A stretch of DNA of 49,254 bases from Phoronis australis (Eukaryota > Animalia > Phoronida), in assembly GCA_002633005.1 (NCBI GenBank), contig NMRA01000865.1, positions 16,749 through 66,002 on the forward strand. The letters are read 5' to 3'. Made by a program: the position numbers and the translations under genes. A model generated the notes under the pieces. That model was not told the DNA's origin, searched no databases, and worked only from the letters and a program-made list of their open reading frames with translations. Positions 11,561-24,499 of the stretch are shown piece by piece (positions within the stretch are counted from its first letter, which is position 1; each line of letters opens with the position of its first letter).

Positions 11561-14500
11561 AAATGAGCATTGGCAGAAATGGCGAATGGTGTCATGTATG
11601 TACTGATCTCGCTATAGCAACATCTGCATGGAAAGATCTACTTTTATTTTCAAACATACAAAACACCTGCTAAATATCCATTTCGTTTTTACTAGAATCC
11701 ATTTCAATCATAGCAAAAACTTGATCGGTCAGTGTTACTCGGCATGCACCTTGTCGAAATTTAGGAAAGTGACAGCGTAAGTTGGCGTTCACTAACAAAC
11801 ATTTAGCAACTATAGGCGCACGCCATCAACTCCGACTAAACTATAGCAAGAACTTTATCAAAGTTTGCCCGAGTCTGGAACAGTACTGTCGAAGTCTGTA
11901 TAATTTGTTTTGAAAATTTCGGAACATTTTTCCGTTGTTCATAATAAAGTCTTAGCTTTGGCAGCTAGCAATGAGTCCGGCTTTTGTGGAATCCATCAGC
12001 CGGTGCTCGACAGGGCCAAAGGAGACAATTGTCCTCACTCACATACCTCCAATAGGTAAGTAGGTACATGAAATGCATTTTGACACCAGATCACATTTTG
12101 ATTCATTTTCGTCTGTGCTATCGTTTGTTATGTTTTTTTTTGCACTAAAATTGCTATATGATTAGAGTGAATTGACATGGCACTGACTAGTGTATATAGT
12201 AGGCATCAGAGAAGACAGATATGTCGCACTTGTTAACTGGAAATCCCAGAATAACATGCAAACCGGGTAATAAAAATGGTTAAAACAGAAATAGTCATGA
12301 CGGACGCTATACGGTTCATGTCCATGCATCCAGCGGTGACATATGGCTTGTGGCGATCATTTTCTTAGTTTACACACTAGATGTCGCGAACGTTTGCTAA
12401 TCGCAAGATCACGTGTGGGAACTCGAGATAGCAAAGTGAACGTCGAACAGGATCCCAAGTTCACGTATGATTCCAAGTTCTCGCATGACAGTAATACTCG
12501 GCTTACAGGTTCGTTTATACGATTTTTCGACTATTCATGATATTCAGTGCGTGTACAATCAAACATGTATTGCAAATTGCTGTAATGAAGACTGTACAAA
12601 AATAACGGTTGTCGATTATAGACCGGTAAATGATGACACTACCAACCGGCGATCTGTCGTACCGCAGGGATTGGCTGGTAAAATTTAGCCGCACGCCTCT
12701 TTGCTAAACCGCTCAAAACTCAATCCTAGGTGCAAGCCTCTGGTTTCGCTTTTGGTATCGTTGTCGGAATAGCAGCGGGCATAACCAAGTTTTCTCCTGT
12801 TGCCAAAGTCCCGCTTTGAGTTGTGCAACATCTGTCTGGGTTATAGTCTTTTGCTTCCTTCGATTTAGCCTGCGCAATAGGGTGTTATCGAATGACGTCA
12901 TCGTTTAGGTTATCTGCCATGTTGGCGAAGAACAAACACCGAAATGTTTGTTCGGGATTTTGAAGCAAACACATTGCGTAGCTGAATTCTTGGCAGACTT
13001 TATCCTGCGTAATGGTGAATTTTGTGCAGTAGTCGGCTGCGTGCTCGAGTGGGGGGATAGATGCTACGCCATGGTCTTCCAAAAATTATTTTAAAGAATT
13101 GTCTCTGGAATGATTCGAATCAACTTTTTTTCGTTTTGAGGAAAAATTTCAATCATCGGAAAGATAATGCGTCCCGCACAAAAAATTGTCGAAATTGGGT
13201 TAGCAGTACGAAGTTGTTGCAACGTCTGCTGCGAACTAAATTTGGTTGGGTTGCTGTGGGTCGGCCATCTCAGACGACAGCGGAAATTGGCGAGGCACAT
13301 TTTTGCTACTATTCCCAGTATTTCAAAAGTTTTCACCAGAATTTAATCACGAAGATGTTTCTTATTGACAATTCCCGTTGGTCTCATTTCCGACGGCACC
13401 GACCATCAACATGGCGACTTATGCTGAACTGCCAGACATATTCAACCAATGAGCTGTATACCGTATACTATGTATACTATGTGACAGTATATTTACAGTT
13501 GGATCCGCAGATTTGGCAGAAGCGTCAAACTTTTTGACTTTTGCGGCTTTTGCGCAATTCTTTGGTTACATGTTGATATAAGGATTGGAAAGTTATGGAG
13601 GATTCGGGTCTCTCACAATAGAACTAAGAATATTTTTATTTGGTTTGTGGTTATAATTTTTTGAATTCAGTTAATTTTTTATAAAAATAGAGCTTTTGGC
13701 GAAAAAGTACATTCCAGGCATTCAAATTGATTTTCATATGAAAACAACATTGGCACCCCGTTATTGGGTCTATTCTATTGCCGAAAAGACGGCAAAATTT
13801 GTCACTTGTCCGTGTCGTCCACTTTGCGTGGTGTGAAGTTTGAAGTCACGGTCGAAAGCAAACGTCCCGGCCGTGGAGTCCGTGCGTATGAGTTGAAGTC
13901 CGTTCAAGCTTTTGGAATTAGCTACTGGATGTTTCTGGATATGTTAATGCGAGTTCTATTTCACAAATAAACTTTTCGCGTGTGTTGATGTTATTTAAAT
14001 TGGAGGCAAAATCACAAATCCAACAACATTGTGTTCCCCCACTCTATATATGATGGTGTAAAAACAATAACTTATGCCTATGTCGTCCAAGATGGCCGAC
14101 CTGATACAAACAAGTATCCCAAATTAGGCTGCAAAAGTTGCAAAAACTTTGCATTGCTTAAAGATGCTATGTCTCATTGAAACCGTGAATAATGCGAATT
14201 TGTAGGAAGAACCTCCTTGTGACTTCTTGGAGAACTATGTGTAGCGGTATACCAAGGTTGTTATGTACTTGTTTATTCACGATTTGTTAGATTTCAATAT
14301 CAACTTGATTTCTTACGGCTACATTTTTAATCATTATTGGTTCTCTCAGCCATTCACAGTATTCATGGGAGTGAGATGTGCTGTTCGTAGATGAAAATTA
14401 CTTAAAAATGGAGATTCGTCCAAAATTATTCTTCCTGGCTCCCCGACCTCAGTTTACCACTTTTTTGTTATACACATGAAACGAGATCATAAGAAATTGT

Positions 14501-14907
14501 TTGTACAAAAAATCAGTTTCAAAGTAAGTGTAGAGATTGCAGGAAACGTAGTTCTTTCAAGCGAATGATGGAGAAGTCATGAACTCAGTGACTATAGGCC
14601 TACTCTTCGTTCACTGGTGATACCAATCTCAAATGGTTTCAAACAAGATTTACCCACAGAATCCTCAATACAAACTGCCCCCATATCAAAAACGGGCATA
14701 GGCCTAGTTAGCTCACCTGACCGACTCTAAACATTGTGTAGTGGAAAAGCATCTGAGAATCTTTGTCATGTTTTATGAGCGTTATGTTTGTACAGAATTT
14801 TCGTAGGTCAGCGAACAATTGGGTAACAGCAAAAACAGGGTAAGCTACAGATGTTATCATCGGGAAAATGGGAGCCAGACATGTAATCAATCGTGTTATT
14901 TGCTTAG

Positions 14908-15077
14908 GAGCCACAGCACACAGAGCTAGGTTAACTTCCAGACATCATCCTTGTTTACAATTGTTGAAAAAGTGAAGTTCTTGAATATTAAAACATAGGA
15001 AATGTAATTTACCATAAGAACTTGAATTATGAACCACTTAGAAAAAGATGGATCCCAGCAGAAGGACTTCTTGTCTG
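14908..15077 (+). other. Candidate 5'UTR exon of ZIP-A (counterpart 36138-36303 for ZIP-B)
   Basis: Acceptor ttatttgc(t/c)tag and donor CTG|GTAATG are kept in both units. A strong acceptor ttgcatttcag lies 51 nt (A) and 50 nt (B) before each ZIP ATG, implying an upstream exon. Confidence 0.4.
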
Positions 15078-15357
15078 GTAATGTTATAATTATTCATTTG
15101 GCACTATACGAGCCAGTGTGAATGGGGTGTGAATGTTCTTCTTTGAAACACGGTTTTTATATTTTCACCCTGGGTTCATTAATACATGTTATGTGTAACG
15201 CATGCTTTATCTCGATCAGTAGTGTCATGGGTGTGAATGCAATAAACGAATTAAAAACAAAGAACTGAGCAGCGCAGTGAGGAAAAATGTCTTGTCGGAC
15301 GTTACAAAGCGGACACGCATCAACATGACATTAAAACTAATTGCGACTTAGTGTGCT

Positions 15358-15457
15358 TATCTGTGGAGGACCAATTATAGTTCGTTGTTAGTCACTTATA
15401 TGACCTATCTGTGGAGGACCAATTATAGTTCGTTGTTAGTCACTTATATGACCTATC
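15358..15457. repeat. Exact 48-bp tandem duplication specific to unit A
   Basis: tatctgtggaggacc... at 15358 and 15406; a single copy in unit B near 36594. Confidence 0.9.
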
Positions 15458-16907
15458 ACGAGACACAATATTGGAGCCATCTAGTCTCTGCATAAACTGG
15501 TGCAGGTACATCAGACGCTATAAGAGTCCTTGTCGTTATGCTGTGCAAAATGTTGCCCCCCCTTGTGATATCCTAGATCCGCCACTGTTTTTAATATTGT
15601 TATTTTCCTGGGTCCACTTTCTGTAGTAACATAACAATCATAAAATGTGTCCCAATGTCTCTTGTTTACGCACACTACCGTACATGTATAAGGATCACTA
15701 ATGTTTACTTTCTGCTGGTTTAATTAGTCATTTATACAACCTCTGGTTCATTTCCTTTTTATGTTACTATTACACCTCAGATTAATTGGCATTAGCTTAA
15801 TTAGTTGACTAGTTAACTATTTAATAACCAATTGGTACGTGGAGAGTTTCATTGTTGCACACTGTTATTCTGGTAACGCTCTTGGTTTTGAACCTGCCAG
15901 ATATGCAAAATGATATTATTTATGAACTTTCTAATGAGATGGAAAGTTTTTGTGACAATAAAGGTGACACTTTTTCCAATGACATAGTGTTGAAATATAT
16001 ATATATTTTTCCTAGTTACATGACTTTGGTATTAGAGCACTCAGGTAATGCTTGGTCATGTGGTTATATTTTAAGGAAATTGTTAACTTTTGAAATTCAT
16101 GTAATACGCCTATGTGGTGTTACGTTACGCCTACCAGCTAGGCAGTTGTAGTACACATGGCCGGCTTCCCGAATCGCGTAATCACAAGCAGAATATCCCC
16201 GTTTGACAATGTTTGGGGGTATTAGACCACAAAACATTTAAAAAAATAGAGATGAAATTTTCTCGAAAAGCGCTCTTTGTGATAGTAGTTCTTAACTTAT
16301 TTCGTTTGTACCAAGCAAGCATTTCCCCCGAAGCCCCGATATTCACGACAAGAACCGACACTGGAGCGGCGCAACCCGGCTCAGTGGCACGAGATCAAAG
16401 TTAGCACTCCAGGTCTTCTGTTCTATGATTTCACTTCGTTATAGGTTTTTAGTATTTTAACGCCAGCAAACCGAATTTCTGAGAAAACCTTTCTTCAGCG
16501 AATCTGTCTTTATCGCCCGAAAGATGACGAAAAAAATAAACCAATGACGCGTGCTCGTGTCACGAGCCTACTATTTTCAAGTCGTTGATTGACTGAGTGA
16601 CAAAAGCCAAAAATGACGTTTATTAGATTGTGTTTTTATAAAGTAAGGGATCACCAGTATTAATAAAATGAAACCCACAGCCAAACTAGTGGACGTTTTG
16701 TTTCACAACAAGTCGACAGGCACAAGCAAACAACGGATTATTATCTTCAAGAGGGTACAAAGTGGACGAATCAGTATCGTGGTTGGATATTTCAACTTAA
16801 TACACAAATGCTGTGTGACTTCGTGTCTTCTCATTCATTTAAACTTTGCATTTCAGGAAGGGATATTAGAGATCTTGTAAAATAAAATCTACACAACGAG
16901 ACAAAAG

Positions 16908-17341
16908 ATGGCACTGGAAGTGTGGATAGCAAAGGTCCTGGTCCTGGTTGCACTCTTCGTTGTTACGTTGGGCTTCAGCTTAATACCCGTCAAGTTCAAG
17001 AGCGTCATAAAAAAAACAACCGACAGCAACAAGCAGCATAGATATCAAACAGCAATCAGTTTTTGCTCATGTTTCGCGGGTGGTGTGTTTCTTGCTACCT
17101 GTTTTCTTGACTTGTTTCCCCATGTGCAAGAGCAAGTCAATGAAGCGTTTGATCAGTACCAAGTGGTGACGTCATTCCCGTTTGCGGAATTCGTGATGAT
17201 CTTTGGACTGTTCCTAATATTACTCATTGAACAACTCGTCTTATACGTGAAAGAACACCAGGGCAGTGTTGAAGCAGAGAAGGAACCCTTATTGCCAAGT
17301 GCGAGTAGAGCGTCCTCAAGAAAGAGTTCTATTGCATCATT
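16908..17341 (+). other. Truncated near-identical copy of the ZIP paralog A 5' CDS, probably an uncollapsed haplotype (16287-17341 repeats as 17347-18374)
   Basis: Ends at the single N at 17342, after which the sequence restarts about 1 kb back. Differences are few and allele-like (WIAK vs WITK, small noncoding indels). Confidence 0.8.
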
Positions 17342-17941
17342 NTAACAGTTCTTAACTTATTTCGTTTGTACCAATTTCCCCGATATTCACAACAAGAACC
17401 GACACTGGAACGGCGCATCCCGGTTCAGTGGCACGAGATCGAAGTTAGCACTTCAGGACTTCTGTTCTATGGTTTCACTTCGTTATAGGTTTTTAGTATT
17501 TCAACGCCAACAAACCGAATTTCTGAGAAAACCTTTCTTCAGCGAATCTGTCTTTATCGCCCGAAAGATGACGAAAAAATAAACCAATGGCGCGTGCTCG
17601 TGTCACGAGCCTACTATTTTCAAGTCGTTGATTGACTTAGTTACAAAAGCCAAAATGACGTTTATTAGATTGTGTTTTAATAAAGTAAGGGATCACCAGT
17701 ATTAATAAAATGAAACCCACAGCCAAACTAGTGGACGGACAACAAATCGACAGGCACAAGCAAATAACGGATTATTATCTTCAAGAGGGTACTAAGTGGA
17801 CGAATCAGTATCGTGGTTGGATATTTCAACTTAATACACAAATGCTGTGTGACTTCGTGTCTTCTCATTCATTTAAACTTTGCATTTCAGGAAGGGATAT
17901 TAGACATCTTGTAAAATAAAATCTACACAACGAGACAAAAG

Positions 17942-19126
17942 ATGGCATTGGAAGTGTGGATAACAAAGGTCCTGGTCCTGGTTGCACTCTTCGTTGTTAC
18001 GTTGGGCTTCAGCTTAATACCCGTCAAGTTCAAGAGCGTCATAAAAAAAACAACCGACAGCAACAAGCAGCATAGATATCAAACAGCAATCAGTTTTTGC
18101 TCATGTTTCGCGGGTGGTGTGTTTCTTGCTACCTGTTTTCTTGACTTGTTTCCCCATGTGCAAGAGCAAGTCAATGAAGCGTTTGATCAGTACCAAGTGG
18201 TGACGTCATTCCCGTTTGCGGAATTCGTGATGATCTTTGGACTGTTCCTAATATTACTCATTGAACAACTCGTCTTATACGTGAAAGAACACCAGGGCAG
18301 TGTTGAAGCAGAGAAGGAACCCTTATTGCCAAGTGCGAGTAGAGCGTCCTCAAGAAAGAGTTCTATTGCATCATTGTCGTATCAGTCTGACCGCGCTCTC
18401 TCCGTTGGTATTAGTGATAGACCAGTCATACACCACGAGAAAACTTCACGCCCGGTCTCTCCCGACTTAGATCAAGACTTAACTCCAGCCGAATCCAACT
18501 TAGATGTTGTGATCTCAGAGGAACACCAACGCGGTCACCATGGCCACGGACACCATGACCACAGGCACAGCCATTTACATGATGACTTCTCAGTTCATGC
18601 AGATCTGAGTTCTCACTCGGTTATACGATCAGTTTTGCTTCTGCTGGCCCTGTCGTTTCATTCTGTCTTCGAAGGACTTGCTCTTGGACTCCAAAAAACG
18701 ACAGAAGGTGTTGTTAATATTTTTACCGCTCTGGTCATCCATAAGTCAATCTTGGCTTTTAGTTTAGGCATCAATTTAGTGCAGAGCCGACTTAGCTTTT
18801 GGGCAACCATTCGGTCAAACGTCTTATTTGCTGTTGCTTCTCCCATTGGAATAGGAATCGGCATATTAGTTCTAGATGCAGCTAATTCAAAATCAACCAA
18901 CTTGGCTAGTGGTATATTACAAGGTATTGCCTGCGGAACTTTTCTCTATGTCACGTTTTTCGAGATCCTACCGCATGAGTTTAATAACGGGGAGCACAGG
19001 CTCCTCAAAGTTCTGTTCTTAGTCTTAGGTTTTGGTGTAATGGTAGGTGTGATGTTTATACATTCAGAGGCCGGTGACCACGAGCATCATCATGCCATTG
19101 ATAGCAAAACTACTGTTGGTTTCTAA
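17942..19126 (+). CDS. SLC39A1/3-like (ZIP): ZIP (SLC39A subfamily II, ZIP1/ZIP3-like) zinc/metal transporter, paralog A, 394 aa, CDS without introns
   Basis: 8 hydrophobic segments; CFAGGVFLATCFLDLFP; His-rich loop; TM4 HSVFEGLALG; TM5 HKS; GTFLYVTFFEILPHE. Confidence 0.96.
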   Translation: MALEVWITKVLVLVALFVVTLGFSLIPVKFKSVIKKTTDSNKQHRYQTAISFCSCFAGGVFLATCFLDLFPHVQEQVNEAFDQYQVVTSFPFAEFVMIFGLFLILLIEQLVLYVKEHQGSVEAEKEPLLPSASRASSRKSSIASLSYQSDRALSVGISDRPVIHHEKTSRPVSPDLDQDLTPAESNLDVVISEEHQRGHHGHGHHDHRHSHLHDDFSVHADLSSHSVIRSVLLLLALSFHSVFEGLALGLQKTTEGVVNIFTALVIHKSILAFSLGINLVQSRLSFWATIRSNVLFAVASPIGIGIGILVLDAANSKSTNLASGILQGIACGTFLYVTFFEILPHEFNNGEHRLLKVLFLVLGFGVMVGVMFIHSEAGDHEHHHAIDSKTTVGF

Positions 19127-21816
19127 AACACTGGGCATTGATTTACAGTGTTATTTGGAAATTCCATTTGTGCCGGGCGTACAATGAGAAAACATTTTGA
19201 TGAAGTTTGAAAAACAAAATTATCAGAAAATACTTTTAAGTATTAAAATACATCAATTGTTAAGTCTTATTCGAAGCCTTCAATGCACGCATGTCTCATC
19301 TTTATTTACCTGACGAGGAAAATTGTCTTTAATGAGGTGCCACGAATTTGCGCAGATAATTTGAATTTTTGAAAAATCATTTTTAACGATAATTTCTGTG
19401 AACTGTAAAAAGTTGCATTTTTTTGTGGTATACGATGACTTAATGCAATTTTTGGTCAGTACAACACATTTTTTAATGATGTCTTTTATTTAGACAACTC
19501 GATGTAAGTTGAGTTAATGTGACTGACGTACGTGACATACTTACTGTTTGTTTTGGCTGAGATGTCAGTTCAGCTTCAGAATTATTCAAACTTCAGTGTT
19601 TAAGCTATATTTGTCTTTCAACTCATTCAAAATTAAATTAGTGCAATAAACCGTATATTCCTTTTTGATTAAAGATATAAAACGATATCCTAAAATCATA
19701 AAATTTGAAGATGTCAAACAATATGGATGAGAATGGGAGTGATTATTAACTTGCATTTGTCACCTGACCTGATGTTGGTATAAGAAAACTGTTTTTTTCG
19801 TTAAGCAGAAAACAATTTCGAAACATTTGAAGTAGAGATTAAAACATAATTAATTGTTAATGTAATGAAATGCATTTTTATTATTTGCCTTTTGAATTAT
19901 TAGGACTCACATTAAGCTTGGACAGAGTTATTGTCTGGGCCATGCCGCTGATAGTTCTGATATATGACGTGTTAGTAATAAATTTGTTGCTTCAAAAGTA
20001 TTAGTTACAAGGCTTCAGTATCTTTCTATAACAAGATGACTGGTAGACAGTTGGTTCAGCACGGTTTAGTTGACAGCATCGACTTATGACACTCATATTT
20101 TGTTTCAAGACACAGGTGCTGTCTTGGATTGTTAAGGCAGCCATTTAGAAACATGATCTCGGAATATTTGGAGATAATAAAATTATCAGATGCTGTTCCT
20201 TTTTAGTGATGAACTTTTCATTCAGATTTTCATTTCGATTTTAAAGAAAGGCGTTATATGAAGTCGCATCACGGTTCACGCAGGTACAATAAAGAATTTT
20301 TTGATCCACCATTCGACTTATATAGATAATCCTAGCATTGTCTGCAACAATTCCCTGTCACTTTTCTAAACGTTTGCCCGTTTAGAAGACTTGTTCGGAG
20401 GTTTCAGATTTTGCTCCAAAAGTGTGAGGGTGTGAGGTTACCGAGCATTATTTTGCTCCAGAGTATTCGACGGGAACGTCGTGTATGTGGTAGTAGGCCG
20501 AATCAGATTTTGGTATCCTTTTAAGAGAGAAATCTGGTCTCACTTTCTCATTCCACAGTTGCTAAGTAAAGGTTCATTCTGAGTGACTTCTCATGAAGCA
20601 GAGTCCTGTGCCCGGTTGCATGCAACAGTCTTAAATAGGGACTCAGCTAAGTTCCCTAAATCTTTTGCGTATTTGTTTCGTACTATACTCGCAATCGTAG
20701 TATATTTTCTATCATTTTACCTTTATTTTGAGCTCTTCTTTGACGAATGACATTTTCCTATATAATAACTAAAAACTGAGCCCTTAATTCGGTTAAAATA
20801 ATTAGGTACTTAAAATTAGTGCTTAAATAAAAATGATATGTTTGGATAGTTTAGGCTTCGTGTGATTGTACAAATTTGAAAATATAGTTATATACCCATA
20901 AACAGCTTGTTTATAAAATAATTAGCAACACAAATAGAAACCGGGGTTATTTTCTAGGGTCAAAGTGATCCCTCCGCTTAGGAAAAATGAAAGTCATAGG
21001 AAATTCAAATATGAGTCACTCATCAACTTGGAACAATTCTATTTTCGCTATTTTCTAAATTTTGGGAAGCGAGCATTCTCCGACTGGTTACAAAACAATA
21101 ACTGTTGTCGAGAGTATTCTAAACACGATCGTTCTCTACATGATTCCAAGTTTAAGCAGGGCTTAAAGAAGGAATTTGGTTTAAAGATTTCAGGACTTTT
21201 GTAAAATGTTTGACTTTTTACGGGACTTCCGTCTCACTCAAAACAATGCAAGCCTCGGATTTTGGGCCAGCTGGTCACGAAAAAAAAACATGCCTTTCAT
21301 GTTTGTGCAAGTGGACCTTACGGACGTTAGCAGTGAAAATCGCCCGTGTTGCATGCAAGCGAAAAACCAATATCATTTAAGCATAACTTAGATATGTCAT
21401 TACCTCTGTGTCTTCCTCAAACGCTGGACATGTTTGCATCAAACATTATGCCATCAAGTTTCAGTTCAGTTGGTAAATGTTGTCAACTGTCTTCAAAGTG
21501 GTAGACAACCTGCTAAAGATACATACTTATATGTTACTTCAGTCAGTCGAACGCGGTTGATTGTCTTGTAGCGAATAATGGACAGTGATTTGTAAAATAA
21601 ATTGTGCAAAAACGAGTGAACCACCCAGTATTATTTCGCTGAGGCTGTGAAGTGTATCGCAAAGACTCTACATAAAAAGGTGTATTGGTATTTCTGTCGG
21701 CACCAGAAAACACGCAACAATTCCAAAAGTTGCAGGTCAGACAAGGTCCCGGCAATCACCACCTTTCAAAACCCGTCAACGGAGCCTGAAGAGAGTTTTG
21801 TTCTATAGCAAGTGTC

Positions 21817-21990
21817 NNNNNNNNNNNNNNNNNNNNNNNNNNNNNNNNNNNNNNNNNNNNNNNNNNNNNNNNNNNNNNNNNNNNNNNNNNNNNNNNNNNN
21901 NNNNNNNNNNNNNNNNNNNNNNNNNNNNNNNNNNNNNNNNNNNNNNNNNNNNNNNNNNNNNNNNNNNNNNNNNNNNNNNNNNNNNNNNNN
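21817..21990. other. Assembly gap of 174 N; single-N joins also at 17342, 37457 and 45217
   Basis: Read directly. Confidence 0.99.
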
Positions 21991-23704
21991 CTAAGTCCGC
22001 CACTGCTTTCATCTGCATCAACAATTTGTTTACTCCTGGGTTACACGCCACATGGAACAATTGCTGGGTGAGTCTTAGTTTAGAACCCCTTGTTCCCCTT
22101 GGTTTCGTCTAAAAGTAAATGTTTGTATTTCAAAACCCTGGTAGGGTGTACATATACTTACCCCCCGGATTAATCTGTTCGTTTAAGCTCGCCTCACAAT
22201 AATAACAGTGAACGTGTTTCCTGAAATGAAAATAAATTCATGTGTGAAAATATTTGTGATTAAAATAGGGCTTGATGTACATGTACTCGCTCATTTTAAT
22301 TTAATGGTAATGCTATGATATTGTTTAGTTTGGAAACGAAAGTAACAGTAATGATTCAAAATGTGATTAATTCATTGCACCACACTTATTTTGTAACCCT
22401 TTTCACGTTTTATAAGTAAAAAGTTCATAAATGTTCGGCATACCACGATGCGTTCTCGTTCGCATTAACAACACAAAAAATTGCGTTCTCGATCGCATCT
22501 TTCAACAGAAAAGTGTCGAAAAATCAGAGATCCTGACAAAACTACGAAAAACAAACGTTGTGTTATATTTTCACAAGTCACGTCTTCATAACTTCATGGT
22601 CAATTTATTGATTTAGTGCCAAAAATAACCGCAATTTGCCAAAATGACATACGAATCACTTTTGACTCAAGCGCTGCCTCGTTCAACGTAACTTATCTCC
22701 TATAATTGGAACAGACACCAGCCCAAACCTCTACCTGCCCTTCCTCAATGTGTTACGCCTTGAACTCATGTCTCTGTTTTCACATTGGAAGTAAAAACAA
22801 CGTAAATTCATCAAATTTACTCACCTTGCCTGGTTTCGCTTCTCGCAACAGGTTTCGTTCTCGATCGCTTTCCGGTCGTTCTCGATCGCGGGTTGGCCGG
22901 GGTGATAATATGTCTAGTGTGGATGCCTTCAATCCCAAATACCTCTTGCAGCTGAGCGAGAAAATAATTCTACAAAGAACCCGTTAACTCTGCATTAGTA
23001 GCGGCTGAGCCAGATCCCAATGCAGTACATAGCAAGTGGGCGGATGCATCCTTCTGCTGCATCTGCGGCAGACTGTCACAAGGTGAGGATCAAGTTGTAA
23101 AGAAATATTGTGCATAATATTTGATTATTAGTTTTGTTGCTGAAACTGTTTAATTTCAGTATCAGTTTTAGGTCAGTAGAGTCCCTCCGTGGTTGCTTTC
23201 AAATTCATATCAGGAATTCTGATACACGAGTCCTGTGAGTTTACCAAATTACAAAACAATATTTTAACTGTTGTTTTGTTTGTTTTAAAAATGTTTCTGT
23301 TCCCAAAATTTAGCAAAAGTGTGATGCCTTTAAAAAGTTAGAAATACCTGTCCATTATGACATAAATATGCTGGCTGCAATAAACTTCATTTGACAACTT
23401 TGAGTACCATGTTTTTAGTGAATGTTTTATTGTTGCATTGTATGCTTGAATTTCATTAAGAAGTTGTTTTTAATGTCCATTATTTTGTGAAAAGGTACAG
23501 ACTTTAGGTGCATCCATCAGCAATCAGGGTTAACACAAGTTTTGATCATCAAGTTTTGATTATTCTACCAGTTAATTTAACAACTTAAGAGGGAATCTAT
23601 ATTTTGTTTTTTTGTCCTATTTTGCTATTTTTCATTTTTTTATTTGGAAAAATGTAATACTGGCTTTACATTATCCAATCATATTTCCGAAATAAACATT
23701 GTAG

Positions 23705-23998
23705 GTCGTTATCAGTTGTGTAACAGGGAAACATTGCACAGATGAGATTCACCAAGGGGAGATAACTCTTGCTCACCTGCAACAAGTGCCAATATTTCCA
23801 GTATTGCTGGAACCAATGTCATGGCCACCCAAGTGTTCCGTGATGAAGATTTACGAGAAACTGCGCTTCCTGGACTTTGCTACGCAACACAGCATTACGC
23901 ATGAAATGTTAGAAAAGTTACTCGCAGGCATAAAAATGCATAGACCAGTGATGCATTCTGTAACACTACATCAGACACTCAGGCGACACCTGTTGTGA
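23705..23998 (+). pseudogene. Duplicate 2 of the TIR terminal exon, with its complete upstream intron 23083-23704
   Basis: Acceptor attgtag is intact and the frame is open. A 1-nt deletion near the end (ata aaa atg cat) bypasses the original stop and adds a new tail ending TLRRHLL*. Confidence 0.8.
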
Positions 23999-24499
23999 GA
24001 AATTTCGGTTGTGGAACAGAAACTGTGAATTTTCTCCCATAATTCAACATTTCAGCCTTGTGGTTCAGTCACTTCAGTGGCGGCCATTTTGCTAGTCTAC
24101 TTTTAGATTTCAAACTTACTTTTGGAAACACTCACGATTATTTTGCATGGTCTCACTCTATGGAATTTTGCCCTTGTGTAGAGGCTGATGTTGTTGTTAG
24201 AAATATCTGTCCATTATGACATAAATATGCTGGCCGCAATAAACTTCATTTGACAACTTTGAGTACCATGTTTTTAGTGAATGTTTTTGTTGTTGCATTG
24301 TATGCTTGAAGGTACAGACAATCGGAGGGAACACCAGTTTTGTTTTTCAAGTTTTGATTACTCTATCAGTTAAGCGAATTAAGGAATCTATATTATTTTG
24401 TCTTTTGTCTTATTTTGTTAATTTTCAATTATTTTTTATTTAAAAAATGTAATACTGACTTTGCATTTTCCAGTCATGTTTCCAATATAACCATTTTAT

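Larger units (their letters stand above)
6704..23078 (+). repeat. Segmental tandem duplication, unit A (TIR last intron and exon, intergenic DNA, ZIP-A, downstream DNA)
   Basis: Collinear homology to unit B: 6704~23079, 8480~25240, 11140~28015, 12360~32730, 14815~36058, 15990~39845, 19127~41964, 21800~45030. The right end is uncertain because of the gap at 21817-21990. Confidence 0.85.

Noticed and set aside
15857-15863. MTF-1 metal response elements (TGCRCNC) near the ZIP genes
   Set aside because: Scattered single 7-mers with no clustering; expected by chance.
16908-17345. Third ZIP gene or pseudogene
   Set aside because: Stops at a single-N join and is almost identical to ZIP-A; best explained as a haplotype overlap.
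18658-18900. Antisense ORFs inside the ZIP genes (also 41066-41281 and 41450-41737)
   Set aside because: Shadow frames of the real CDS.
19127-19160. Iron-responsive element in the ZIP 3'UTR (CAGTGT)
   Set aside because: Lacks the 5-bp upper stem and the bulged C.
21543-21755. 70-aa minus-strand ORF shared with 44772-44984
   Set aside because: Similarity is explained by the duplication; no domain and no consistent splice or start support.
22154-22170. U1 snRNA 5' end (ATACTTACC)
   Set aside because: No downstream U1 sequence follows.
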